Assembly (NCBI RefSeq): GCF_001644705.1
Contig: NZ_CP015137.1
Coordinates: forward strand, 3,900,001-3,932,000
Direction of reading: 5' to 3'
DNA length: 32,000 bases
Source of the DNA: Dickeya solani IPO 2222
GTDB taxonomy: Bacteria; Pseudomonadota; Gammaproteobacteria; Enterobacterales; Enterobacteriaceae
The position numbers and the translations under genes were made by a program. Below, piece by piece: positions 8,837 through 16,857 of this stretch. The notes beneath the pieces were generated by a model that searched no databases, had not been told where the DNA came from, and saw only the letters and a list, made by a program, of their open reading frames with translations. Position 1 is the stretch's first letter. Each line of letters opens with the position of its first letter.

Positions 8837-9484
8837 ACATGACCCCGTTGACGCCGGCGGACGTCGCCGCGATGAAGCAGCAGCACCCGGCGTTATTCAG
8901 CCAGCAACGCCGCTATTTGCGGCGCGTCGGGCTGATGGCGGCCGCCGTGCTGCTTTACTATCTGGCGTTTCTGGCGTTTTTCGGCATCAGCGCCGAACAG
9001 TGGCTGCGCGGCCTTGGCGATCTGGGGGCTGATTTTTGTGCGGGCGGTGGGCATGGGGCCGCTGTCCGGTGCATTGGCGATCCTGATGCAGGACGCCGGT
9101 CTGCTCGGCAAGCTGTACGCGGAGGGGCACGAAGCGGTAGAACGTTCACCCAGCCGCGGACTTGGCTCGGTCGGCGCCAACAGCCTGCAAAAACACCGTT
9201 TCGGCATCTTCACCCAGTCGTTTCCCACCTTTCTGGCGCTAAGCCTGTATCAGATGGAGTCCAACGTGCGGTCGGCGGCGGTGCTGGGGTTTGTCGGCGC
9301 CGGCGGCGTCGGGCTGGTGTACGCTGAAAACATGCGACTGTGGAATTGGGATGTGGTGATGTTCATCACCCTGATTTTGGTGGTGGTGGTGATGCTGATG
9401 GATGTCTTGTCCGCGCATTTGCGCCAGCGCTACATCATCGGCAAACCGTTGCCGCTGTTTGAAGCGGACCCGCCGTCGCGCTGA
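8833..9484 (+). pseudogene. PhnE-family permease, copy 2, disrupted by internal deletion plus frameshift
   Basis: The N-terminal ~60 codons read well in frame 1 (MNMTPLTPADV...FGISAEQWLRGLGDLG) and then become Arg/Gly-rich nonsense. The C-terminal ~155 codons read in frame 2 from ~9014 (AIWGLIFVRAVGMGPLSG...SLYQMESNVRSAAVLGFVGAGGVG). The segment that copy 1 has between these points is absent. Confidence 0.6.
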
Positions 9485-9520
9485 CGTTGCGCTGAAAGAA
9501 TGCCTGCCAGTTTGTGATTA

Positions 9521-9554
9521 AGCCGGTTTCCTGCAGAGGAAACCGGCTTTTTTA
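9521..9554 (+). terminator. Rho-independent terminator of the transporter operon
   Basis: Perfect 11-bp stem agccggtttcc/ggaaaccggct, 6-nt loop, followed by a T-run (ctttttt). Confidence 0.9.
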
Positions 9555-9691
9555 TCACCAGAATCAATTGGAATCGCGATGATAAATGGCTGGGAATGTC
9601 CTATTTTCTATGCCTGATCGCCTCGAATAGCCGCAAAGTCTTGCGTGATAGCGCTCCCCGGCAATATGCGAATTTTGTTTAGGGTCTTTTT

Positions 9692-9707
9692 CGTGATGTG
9701 TGTCACA
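9692..9707. promoter_or_regulatory. CRP-like site (cGTGA-N6-TCACA)
   Basis: tttcGTGAtgtgtgTCACAaaa compared with the TGTGA-N6-TCACA consensus. It lies about 190 bp upstream of the acsF promoter, and its target promoter is unknown. Confidence 0.3.
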
Positions 9708-9862
9708 AAAATGATTTCTCATCCCACCAGCTATTTTCCCGCTTTTTGGCGTTATTCGGCGGTGAAAGTCCTCTCGCTACCGGTATTTAGTTAACATTTC
9801 GCCAGAGATTGTAAGGATTTGGTTATGAAAATCGTCATTTAAATAACACTTGAGCGTCATTA

Positions 9863-9891
9863 TTGTTAATGATAATTGTTGTCATTATCAA
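9863..9891 (+). promoter_or_regulatory. acsF promoter with two overlapping Fur boxes
   Basis: -35 TTGTTA (9863-9868), a 17-nt spacer, and -10 TATCAA (9886-9891). gttaatgataattgttgtc (9865-9883) and gataattgttgtcattatc (9871-9889) each match GATAATGATAATCATTATC at 15/19. A weaker Fur-like site lies at 9821-9839. Confidence 0.7.
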
Positions 9892-9911
9892 TATCACAGG
9901 GGGTGAAGACG

Positions 9912-11291
9912 ATGTCAGAGACACAGTTTGCGGTTAAGGATCATGTGCAGAGAACCAATGCAGATTATCTGGAGCGACAGGGATGGTTTGAGTCCAATGT
10001 CCGAAGTTATCCGCGCAAACTGCCGCTGGTCATTCAGAAAGCGCAAGGTGTGTGGGTGACGGATGTGGATGGCAATCAGTATCTGGACTGCCTGGCGGGC
10101 GCCGGTACGTTGGCGCTGGGGCATAACCACCCCGAAGTGGTGGCCAGCATCCAGGCATTTCTGACGTCGGGCCTGCCGATGCATACGCTGGATCTCACCA
10201 CGCCGCTGAAAGACGCTTTCTGCGAAACCCTGCTGGCGCAGTTGCCCGGCGGCGAAAACCAGTACTGCCTGCAGTTCTGCGGCCCCTCGGGAGCGGATGC
10301 GGTCGAAGCGGCACTGAAACTGGCGAAAACCTATACCGGCCGCGGCGGCATCATCAGCTTCTCCGGCGGCTACCACGGCATGACGCACGGCGCGCTGGCC
10401 GTCACCGGCAATACCGGTCCCAAGGATGCGGTGCAGAACCTGATGCCCGGCGTCCAATTCCTGCCTTACCCCCATGAATACCGCTGCCCGCTGGGGATTG
10501 GCGGAGAAGCGGGCGTACAGGCGCTGAGTCACTATTTCACCACGTTTATCGAGGATGTCGAGCGCGGCATGTCGCTGCCGGCCGCCGTCATTGTCGAGGC
10601 GGTGCAGGGCGAGGGCGGCGTCAACCCGGCGCCGGCCAGCTGGTTGCAAACGCTGCGCGAGGTGACCCATCGCCACGGCATTCTGCTGATTGTGGATGAA
10701 GTGCAGGCCGGCTTTGCCCGCACCGGCACGCTGTTCGCCTTCGAACAAGCCGGCATCGAGCCGGACATCATCGTGATGTCGAAAGCGGTGGGCGGCGGTT
10801 TGCCGATGGCGGTGCTGGGCATTCGCCGCGAGTTTGATGTCTGGAAACCGGGTACCCATACCGGCACGTTCCGCGGCAACCAGATGGCGATGGCCACCGG
10901 CAAAACCACTATCGAGATTCTGTTGCGCGACAAGCTGGCGGCGCAGGCGGCTGCCCGCGGCGACTGGCTGAAACGGCAGTTTACCCAGTTGCAGACGCGT
11001 TTCCCCTGTCTGGGACAGGTGCGCGGCCGTGGCCTGATGCTGGGGATTGAAATCGTGGATGAGCGCCAGCCAACACAGGCGGGCGGCTGTTATCCGCTGG
11101 ACGCCGAACTGGCGGCCGCGATTCAGCAGCACTGTTTCCGTCAGGGGCTGCTGCTGGAGCGGGGCGGACGGCAGGGCAACGTGGTCAGGCTGCTGCCGCC
11201 GCTGATTATTACCGAGGAGCAGTGCCGCAGCGTAGTGGAACGCTTCGAACGCGCGGTGATTGAAGCCGTGGCGCAAATTCGTCATCCGTAA
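9912..11291 (+). CDS. acsF: Diaminobutyrate--2-oxoglutarate aminotransferase (achromobactin precursor supply)
   Basis: Class-III PLP aminotransferase with motifs [25 protein letters not shown] and [12 protein letters not shown] 9912 follows AGGGGGTGA. The track start TTG 9876 falls inside the Fur box and I rejected it. The gene sits first in the acs locus, as in Dickeya dadantii. Confidence 0.9.
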   Translation: MSETQFAVKDHVQRTNADYLERQGWFESNVRSYPRKLPLVIQKAQGVWVTDVDGNQYLDCLAGAGTLALGHNHPEVVASIQAFLTSGLPMHTLDLTTPLKDAFCETLLAQLPGGENQYCLQFCGPSGADAVEAALKLAKTYTGRGGIISFSGGYHGMTHGALAVTGNTGPKDAVQNLMPGVQFLPYPHEYRCPLGIGGEAGVQALSHYFTTFIEDVERGMSLPAAVIVEAVQGEGGVNPAPASWLQTLREVTHRHGILLIVDEVQAGFARTGTLFAFEQAGIEPDIIVMSKAVGGGLPMAVLGIRREFDVWKPGTHTGTFRGNQMAMATGKTTIEILLRDKLAAQAAARGDWLKRQFTQLQTRFPCLGQVRGRGLMLGIEIVDERQPTQAGGCYPLDAELAAAIQQHCFRQGLLLERGGRQGNVVRLLPPLIITEEQCRSVVERFERAVIEAVAQIRHP

Positions 11292-11303
11292 TGAGGTGAT
11301 TGT

Positions 11304-11462
11304 ATGGTCCGTAATGATCCTGATGACGAAATAATAAAAAGAAACCGCAGTCGGCGTTATTACGGATGCAGCAAAAGGCTGAAAAATAACATTAACGACA
11401 TGTGCTGGCGGAAACGCCAGCGTTTATTTACTGGGAAAATAATAATGAGGTTGAATGAATGA
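11304..11462 (+). CDS. Candidate 52-codon basic small ORF between acsF and acr (hypothetical; may be non-coding)
   Basis: Hand translation gives MVRNDPDDEIIKRNRSRRYYGCSKRLKNNINDMCWRKRQRLFTGKIIMRLNE. A GAGGTGA SD lies 4 nt before the ATG, and the stop TGA (11460-11462) overlaps the acr ATG (11459). The ORF is AT-rich with rare codons (ATA ATA AAA AGA, AGG). It is below the track's size cutoff. Confidence 0.3.
   Translation: MVRNDPDDEIIKRNRSRRYYGCSKRLKNNINDMCWRKRQRLFTGKIIMRLNE
11404..11430 (+). terminator. Hairpin with GAAA tetraloop and T-rich tail; possible attenuator upstream of acr
   Basis: gctggcg-gaaa-cgccagc (11404-11421) followed by gtttattta. It lies inside the candidate small ORF. 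Confidence 0.3.
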
Positions 11463-13573
11463 AGGTTCGGGCATTGTATGCGTTGACGCCATTATTTTTA
11501 TTTGCACAGGCTAACGCAGCAGACAACACAAACAAGAATGATAACGAAATGGTGGTGACGGCATCCCGAACGGATACCGAGAAAAAAGATTCGCCTCAGG
11601 TCGTGACGATTATTACCAAAGAGCAGATCGAGCAACAGCGTCAGATTACGACCGATTCTTCCCAGATATTAAGTAACTTATTGCCGTCAATGGCGCCGAG
11701 CCGTCAGAAAATGAGCGGCAGCGGCGAGACCTTCCGCGGTCGGGCCCCGTTGATTCTGGTGGATGGCATTCCGCAATCCAACCCGTTGCGCCCCACCGGG
11801 CGCGAAATGCACACCATCGATTTCGCGATGGTGGATCGCATCGAAGTGATTCACGGCGCCAGCGCCAGCAACGGCATCGGCGCTACCGGCGGGGTGATCA
11901 ATATTATTACCCGCCGCCCGGAGCCAGGCTCGTTCAACCAACACTTCAGCGTGGAAACCACCTCGCCGACGAAAGTCAGCTCGGACGCCATGAGCTACAA
12001 AACTACCTACGGGTTCAGTGGCCGTGAAGAGTATCTGGATTACCTGTTTTCAGTTAGTTACGAAGATCAGGGACTATTCCTGGACGGGAAAGATCGCCCT
12101 ATCGGGGTTGATAACACCCAGGGCGACCTGATGGATTCGCGCGCCTACGATGTGATGGCGAAGGTAGGCTACTGGCTGGATAACGACCAGCGGATACAGT
12201 TCAGCCTTAACCGCTATCAGATTAAGGGCAAGATGAACTATTTAGGCGTCGCCGGTGACCGTAATAACGGCATCCCGACCACCTCGATATCCGGGCGCCC
12301 GGTCGGTGATGCGCCGATGAACAGCGTCTGGACCACCAGCGCCACCTACGATAACTACAATCTGGCGGGCATGAAGCTGAACTCGCTGGTGTATTACCAG
12401 AATTACGAGTCGTTGTTCGGCGCCGATAATTCCGCATCTTTCCAGGATATCCGCATTGCGCCGCTCAATCAGCTGTACGATCAGTCGCGGGTGACCTCCA
12501 GCCGCTACGGCAGCAAAGTGGCGTTGACCAAAGACGATATCTGGGACGATTACCTGAAAGCGACCGTCGGGTTCGATACCTTGTTCGATACCGGCAAACA
12601 GGATTTCTGGCTGACCAAGCGCCTGTATGCGCCGCAGATGGAATACACCGATCTGTCGCCGTTTATGCAGTTTGATATCCAGCCGATCGATTCGCTGAAA
12701 ATCACCACCGGGGTGCGCTACGAGTACGCGCGTCTGGATATCGACAGCTTCCGCACGGTGGCGGCCAGCACCGCGCGTGCGCCCAATAACAGCGTGGATG
12801 TTCAGGGCGGGCGCCTGAGTTTCAACAAGACGCTGTACAACGTTGGCGCGGTGTGGACCACGCCTTATCAGCCGCTGAGTCTGTTTGCCAACTACTCGCA
12901 GGGCTTCGGTATTCCGGACGTGGGCCGTACGTTGCGCGGCATTAAAACCGCCGGTCAGTCGGTCAGCATGCTACCGCTGGAACCGATTGTGACTGACAAC
13001 GTTGAAACCGGCTTGCGGATCCAGAAAGACCCGGTGGAGTTTGAGCTGAGCTACTACCGCTCGACATCCAAGCTGGGCGAGCGCGTGGTGGATGTGAACG
13101 GCACCTTCCAGAGCGAGCGTCAGAAAACCCGTATCGATGGCATCGAGACGTCGCTGGGTTACAAGGTGAATGACGATCATCGCCTGAAACTCGGTTATTC
13201 CCACATTCAGGGATGGTATGACAGCGACGGCAACGGCAGCCTGGACGGCAAGCTGGACGGGCTGAATATCCCGCCGGATCGCCTGACCGCCAGCTGGTCG
13301 GCCAACTGGACGCCGCAATGGTCATCCTTTATTCAGGCTAATTATGCCTTTGACAGAATTATGGATAACCGTCAGCAGGACTTTAACGGTTATCTGCTGG
13401 TGGATGCCGCCGTCGGTTATAAATTACCGAAAGGTAAAATTAATCTGGCGGTCTCCAATCTGTTCGACAAGGAGTACATCACATATTACTCGCAAAGTGC
13501 GATTGTGAACTCCCTGCGTTATTTCTCCGGTCGGGGAAGAACCGTGACATTAGGATACAGTGTTGACTTCTGA
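11459..13573 (+). CDS. acr: TonB-dependent outer-membrane ferric achromobactin receptor
   Basis: Signal peptide ending AQANA, TonB box EMVVTA, a plug domain and a 22-strand barrel pattern, with a C-terminal aromatic residue (...TLGYSVDF). Its position after acsF matches the Dickeya achromobactin locus. Confidence 0.9.
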   Translation: MKVRALYALTPLFLFAQANAADNTNKNDNEMVVTASRTDTEKKDSPQVVTIITKEQIEQQRQITTDSSQILSNLLPSMAPSRQKMSGSGETFRGRAPLILVDGIPQSNPLRPTGREMHTIDFAMVDRIEVIHGASASNGIGATGGVINIITRRPEPGSFNQHFSVETTSPTKVSSDAMSYKTTYGFSGREEYLDYLFSVSYEDQGLFLDGKDRPIGVDNTQGDLMDSRAYDVMAKVGYWLDNDQRIQFSLNRYQIKGKMNYLGVAGDRNNGIPTTSISGRPVGDAPMNSVWTTSATYDNYNLAGMKLNSLVYYQNYESLFGADNSASFQDIRIAPLNQLYDQSRVTSSRYGSKVALTKDDIWDDYLKATVGFDTLFDTGKQDFWLTKRLYAPQMEYTDLSPFMQFDIQPIDSLKITTGVRYEYARLDIDSFRTVAASTARAPNNSVDVQGGRLSFNKTLYNVGAVWTTPYQPLSLFANYSQGFGIPDVGRTLRGIKTAGQSVSMLPLEPIVTDNVETGLRIQKDPVEFELSYYRSTSKLGERVVDVNGTFQSERQKTRIDGIETSLGYKVNDDHRLKLGYSHIQGWYDSDGNGSLDGKLDGLNIPPDRLTASWSANWTPQWSSFIQANYAFDRIMDNRQQDFNGYLLVDAAVGYKLPKGKINLAVSNLFDKEYITYYSQSAIVNSLRYFSGRGRTVTLGYSVDF

Positions 13574-13579
13574 TAATAA

Positions 13580-13597
13580 CCCCGCCGCAAGGCGGGG
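13580..13597 (+). terminator. GC-rich hairpin just after acr; weak or partial terminator
   Basis: ccccgcc-gcaa-ggcgggg, a 7-bp stem with a GCAA loop, followed by cattattcagtgatttatt (moderately T-rich). Confidence 0.45.
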
Positions 13598-13644
13598 CAT
13601 TATTCAGTGATTTATTCAGGATATTTAACCTTCGCCACGAAATA

Positions 13645-13694
13645 AGAGCCTATCCCAAAATGGCAAGTGAAATAGCCCTATTGGGATAGGCTCT
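13645..13694. repeat. Perfect 14-bp inverted repeat with a 22-nt spacer in the acr-acsD gap
   Basis: agagcctatcccaa (13645-13658) is the exact reverse complement of ttgggataggctct (13681-13694). Confidence 0.85.
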
Positions 13695-13730
13695 AAACCA
13701 CCGGCCGATTGTTATTCTTACGGAGCAGAG

Positions 13731-15593
13731 ATGAACAACCGAAATCATGATGTTTTGTCCAGAATGATAAGCGAAAAAGCAGCCTTACATGGGTTACTGA
13801 ATTGTCTTATCAAAGAGTTCGCAATACCGGAAGGGTATTTGCGATATGAATGGCCAGACGAAATGAAAGGAATCCCGCCGGGGGCCTATTTTGATGGTGC
13901 GGACTGGAAGGGCATCCCGATGATGATCGGCTTGCCCGACCAGCTGCAACTGTTTGTCATGGTAGACCGCCGCGACACCTTCGGCAGCCAGCATTACCTG
14001 TCCGATGTTTACCTGCGTCAGGCGCAGGGTGACTGGCAATGCCCCGATTTTGAACGTCTGGTCGCACGCCTGCTGGCGGCGTGCGAGCAAATCGCCGGGA
14101 GGAAAAACCCGGAGCTGTATGAGCAGATTCTTCAGAGCCAGCGGCTGGTCAGCGCTATTGTCAGCCACAACGGCCGACAGCGCGCGGACGCGCCGTTGCA
14201 ACACTATCTGCAGAGCGAGCAGGGGTTGTGGTTCGGCCACCCCAGCCACCCCGCGCCCAAAGCGCGTTTGTGGCCGGCCCATCTTGGTCAGGAACAATGG
14301 GCGCCTGAATTCCAGGCTCGTGCGGCGTTGCATCAGTTCGAAGTGCCGGTGGACGGATTGCACATCGGCGCCAACGGCCTGACGCCGCAACAGGTGCTGG
14401 ACGGGTTTGCCGACCAGCAACCGGCGTCGCCGGGGCACGCCATTATCTGTATGCACCCGGTGCAGGCGCAGCTGTTTATGCAGGATGAGCGCGTGCAGCA
14501 GCTGTTGCGCGATAACGTGATCCGCGATCTGGGGCAGAGCGGCCGCGTCGCCAGCCCGACCGCCTCTATTCGCACCTGGTTCATCGACGATCACGATTAC
14601 TTCATCAAAGGTTCGCTGAATGTGCGCATCACCAACTGTGTGCGCAAAAATGCCTGGTACGAACTGGAAAGCACGGTGCTGATCGACCGGTTGTTCCGCC
14701 AGTTGCTGGACCAGCATGTCGACACGCTGGGCGGGTTGGTCGCCGCCGCCGAACCCGGCGTGGTGAGCTGGAGTCCGGTTGCCGCCAGCGAGTCGGACAG
14801 ACACTGGTTCCGCGAGCAGACCGGCGGCATTCTGCGCGAGAATTTCTGCCGCCGTACCGGCGCGGATTGCAGCATCATGGCCGGTACGCTGTTTGCACGC
14901 GGCGTGGATTTGCAGCCGATGATTCAAACCTTCCTGCGCACGCACTATGGCGAGGCGCTGGATGACAACGCGTTGCTGTGCTGGTTCGATGACTACCAGA
15001 CGCGGCTGCTGCGCCCGGTGCTGTCGCTGTTCTTCAATCACGGCGTGGTGATGGAGCCGCATCTGCAAAACAGCGTGCTGGTGCATCAACACGGGCGGCC
15101 GCAGCAGGTGCTGCTGCGCGATTTCGAAGGGGTGAAACTGACCGACGATCTCGGCATCCGGCATATCGGCGACGACATCCATCCCCGTGTGCGCCAGTCG
15201 TTGCTGTACTCGCGCGAGCAGGGCTGGAATCGCATCATGTACTGCCTGTTCATCAATCATCTGTCCGAAACCATTCTGGCCTTGAGTCAGGGACGGGCCC
15301 ATCTGGCGCCCTTGATGTGGCAACGGGTGCGACAGCAACTGCGTGCCATTCAGGGGGAACTGAAACAACCGTCGCCGGAGCTGGACGCGCTGATCGCCGG
15401 CCATCCGGTGGCGTGCAAAACCAACCTCAAGGTCAGGCTGGCGGCCGAGGCCGACCGTCAGGCCAGCTATGTCCGGTTGCCGTCGCCCTGGGGCAAGGCC
15501 GCGCAGCACGGCAGCGAAGTACCGTCTGGTGAAGTACCGTCTGGTGAAGTATCGTCTGGCGAAGTACAGCATGGTGAGGTGCAGCATGGCTAA
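13731..15593 (+). CDS. acsD: NIS siderophore synthetase AcsD (type A, IucA/IucC family; citrate + L-serine)
   Basis: IucA/IucC-family protein of 620 aa. The N-terminus MNNRNHDVLSRMISEKAALHGLLNCLIKEF and core motifs (WFGHPSHPAPKAR, HPVQAQLF, MEPHLQNSVLV) match my recollection of the structurally characterised AcsD. Confidence 0.93.
   Translation: MNNRNHDVLSRMISEKAALHGLLNCLIKEFAIPEGYLRYEWPDEMKGIPPGAYFDGADWKGIPMMIGLPDQLQLFVMVDRRDTFGSQHYLSDVYLRQAQGDWQCPDFERLVARLLAACEQIAGRKNPELYEQILQSQRLVSAIVSHNGRQRADAPLQHYLQSEQGLWFGHPSHPAPKARLWPAHLGQEQWAPEFQARAALHQFEVPVDGLHIGANGLTPQQVLDGFADQQPASPGHAIICMHPVQAQLFMQDERVQQLLRDNVIRDLGQSGRVASPTASIRTWFIDDHDYFIKGSLNVRITNCVRKNAWYELESTVLIDRLFRQLLDQHVDTLGGLVAAAEPGVVSWSPVAASESDRHWFREQTGGILRENFCRRTGADCSIMAGTLFARGVDLQPMIQTFLRTHYGEALDDNALLCWFDDYQTRLLRPVLSLFFNHGVVMEPHLQNSVLVHQHGRPQQVLLRDFEGVKLTDDLGIRHIGDDIHPRVRQSLLYSREQGWNRIMYCLFINHLSETILALSQGRAHLAPLMWQRVRQQLRAIQGELKQPSPELDALIAGHPVACKTNLKVRLAAEADRQASYVRLPSPWGKAAQHGSEVPSGEVPSGEVSSGEVQHGEVQHG
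15516..15590 (+). repeat. 15-bp tandem repeat x5 forming the AcsD C-terminal tail and the acsE initiation region
   Basis: Units are gaagtaccgtctggt x2, gaagtatcgtctggc, gaagtacagcatggt and gaggtgcagcatggc. They encode EVPSG-EVPSG-EVSSG-EVQHG-EVQHG. The last unit contains GAGGTG plus ATG 15586. Confidence 0.95.
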
Positions 15594-16857
15594 GCTGCCT
15601 CAGCACGTTCACGATGTGATTGTCCGCCTGCAACAGCAGCATACCGACCCGCTGGCGGCGTTTGTGTACGACCTGACGGCGCTGCGCCAGCACGTCGGCG
15701 AGGTGATGGCGGCGCTGCCGCCGGGCGTCGAACTCTATTACGCCATCAAAGCCAACAGTGAAAAACCGATTCTGGACGCGCTCGCGCCGTTGGTGCACGG
15801 TTTTGAAATCTCGTCGGGCGGTGAAATCGCGCGCGTGGCCGGTTGCGACACACGCAAACCCTTCGTGTTCTCCGGGCCGGGAAAGCTGGACTCTGACTTC
15901 GACCTGGCGCTGGAACAGGGCGTGGAAGCGGTACATGTTGAGAGTCGCCACGAGATTGCGCGCCTGCAACAGCGGGCGAAGCAGCACGGCGTGGTCCAGC
16001 CGGTGTTCATCCGCATCAATCCGGAACTGGCGTCGTCGCTGACCAGCAAGCTGGCGATGGCCGGAACGCCGACGCCGTTCGGCATGGATGAAGCCGACCT
16101 GGCGGATGCGGTGCGGGAGGTGGATAACGCCAGCCATCTGCAACTGAAAGGATTTCATGTCCACGCCATGTCGCACCAGATGGTGGTGGCGCGGCACCAG
16201 CAACTGCTGGATCTCTACCTGACGCGCTGGCCGCAGTGGAGAGCGCTGTCCGCGCATCCGCAGCATATCACCCACCTGAACGTGGGCGGCGGCATCGGCG
16301 TGCCGTACCTGACGCCGGAGCGTTTCGACTGGCCGGCGCTGTGCGATTACCTGCGCACGCGGCTGGCGCAACAGCCGGACGCGCCGATTGTCCGTTTTGA
16401 ACCGGGGCGTTTCATCAGCGCCTACTGCGGTTATTACGCCATCGAGGTGCTGGATAAAAAGCGCAGCCACGGCAAACATTTTCTGGTTTGTCGCGGCGGC
16501 ACCCATCAGTTCCGCCTGCCGGTAGCGCAGGGGCACGATCATCCGGTGATCCACCTGCCGCTGGCGTCGGCGCCGACAACCGGCGAGACGCGCGACTGGA
16601 CGGTGGTCGGCCAGCTGTGCACGCCGAAAGATGTGCTCAGCCGCGACCAGCGCCTGACCGACGTCAATATCGGTGATCTGCTGGTATTGCCGCTGGCGGG
16701 CGCCTACGGCTACAACATTTCTCATGCCGACTTCCTGTGTCATCCGCGTCCCGGTCAGTATTTCATCACTGATGAGGGTCTTATTACTGACGCGCTTTTC
16801 ACTACTGACGACGGCATGACGGCGGATGTGGCCGGAGCGGTGAGCCGTGTGGAATAA
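15586..16857 (+). CDS. acsE: PLP-dependent decarboxylase AcsE (Orn/DAP/Arg decarboxylase family 2)
   Basis: Contains YYAIKANSE (PLP lysine), NVGGGIGVPY, EPGRFI and a DAP-decarboxylase-like C-terminus. ATG 15586 lies 4 nt after GAGGTG and overlaps the acsD stop by 8 nt. An alternative ATG at 15571 is present. Confidence 0.9.
   Translation: MAKLPQHVHDVIVRLQQQHTDPLAAFVYDLTALRQHVGEVMAALPPGVELYYAIKANSEKPILDALAPLVHGFEISSGGEIARVAGCDTRKPFVFSGPGKLDSDFDLALEQGVEAVHVESRHEIARLQQRAKQHGVVQPVFIRINPELASSLTSKLAMAGTPTPFGMDEADLADAVREVDNASHLQLKGFHVHAMSHQMVVARHQQLLDLYLTRWPQWRALSAHPQHITHLNVGGGIGVPYLTPERFDWPALCDYLRTRLAQQPDAPIVRFEPGRFISAYCGYYAIEVLDKKRSHGKHFLVCRGGTHQFRLPVAQGHDHPVIHLPLASAPTTGETRDWTVVGQLCTPKDVLSRDQRLTDVNIGDLLVLPLAGAYGYNISHADFLCHPRPGQYFITDEGLITDALFTTDDGMTADVAGAVSRVE

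Noticed and set aside
8833-9327. Treating the 164-aa ORF 8833-9327 and the 156-aa ORF 9014-9484 as two intact small genes.
   Set aside because: The distal two-thirds of the first ORF is Arg/Gly-rich out-of-frame sequence. Together the good parts form one PhnE-family protein with a missing middle, so a pseudogene is the simpler reading.
9876-9911. TTG 9876 as the acsF start (track ORF).
   Set aside because: It lies inside the Fur box and -10 region. ATG 9912 has a strong AGGGGGTGA SD and gives a typical aminotransferase N-terminus.
9915-11285. 456-aa ORF antisense to acsF. Similar long antisense ORFs lie at 13794-15587, 15433-16935, 18393-19547, 20664-21929, 22248-22955, 24114-25259, 7835-8815, 5819-6616, 6827-7741 and 1420-2217.
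   Set aside because: These are shadow ORFs typical of GC-rich coding DNA. Their translations are Arg/Gln/His/Pro-rich low-complexity strings with no recognisable domains, while the opposite strand encodes clearly recognisable, tightly packed operon genes.
15516-15590. Whether the tandem repeats here and at 1465, 3191, 6829, 18318 and 21014 could be CRISPR arrays.
   Set aside because: The units abut directly with no unique spacers, are only 14-21 bp, have at most 5 copies and lie within or at the edges of genes. No cas genes are present in the window.
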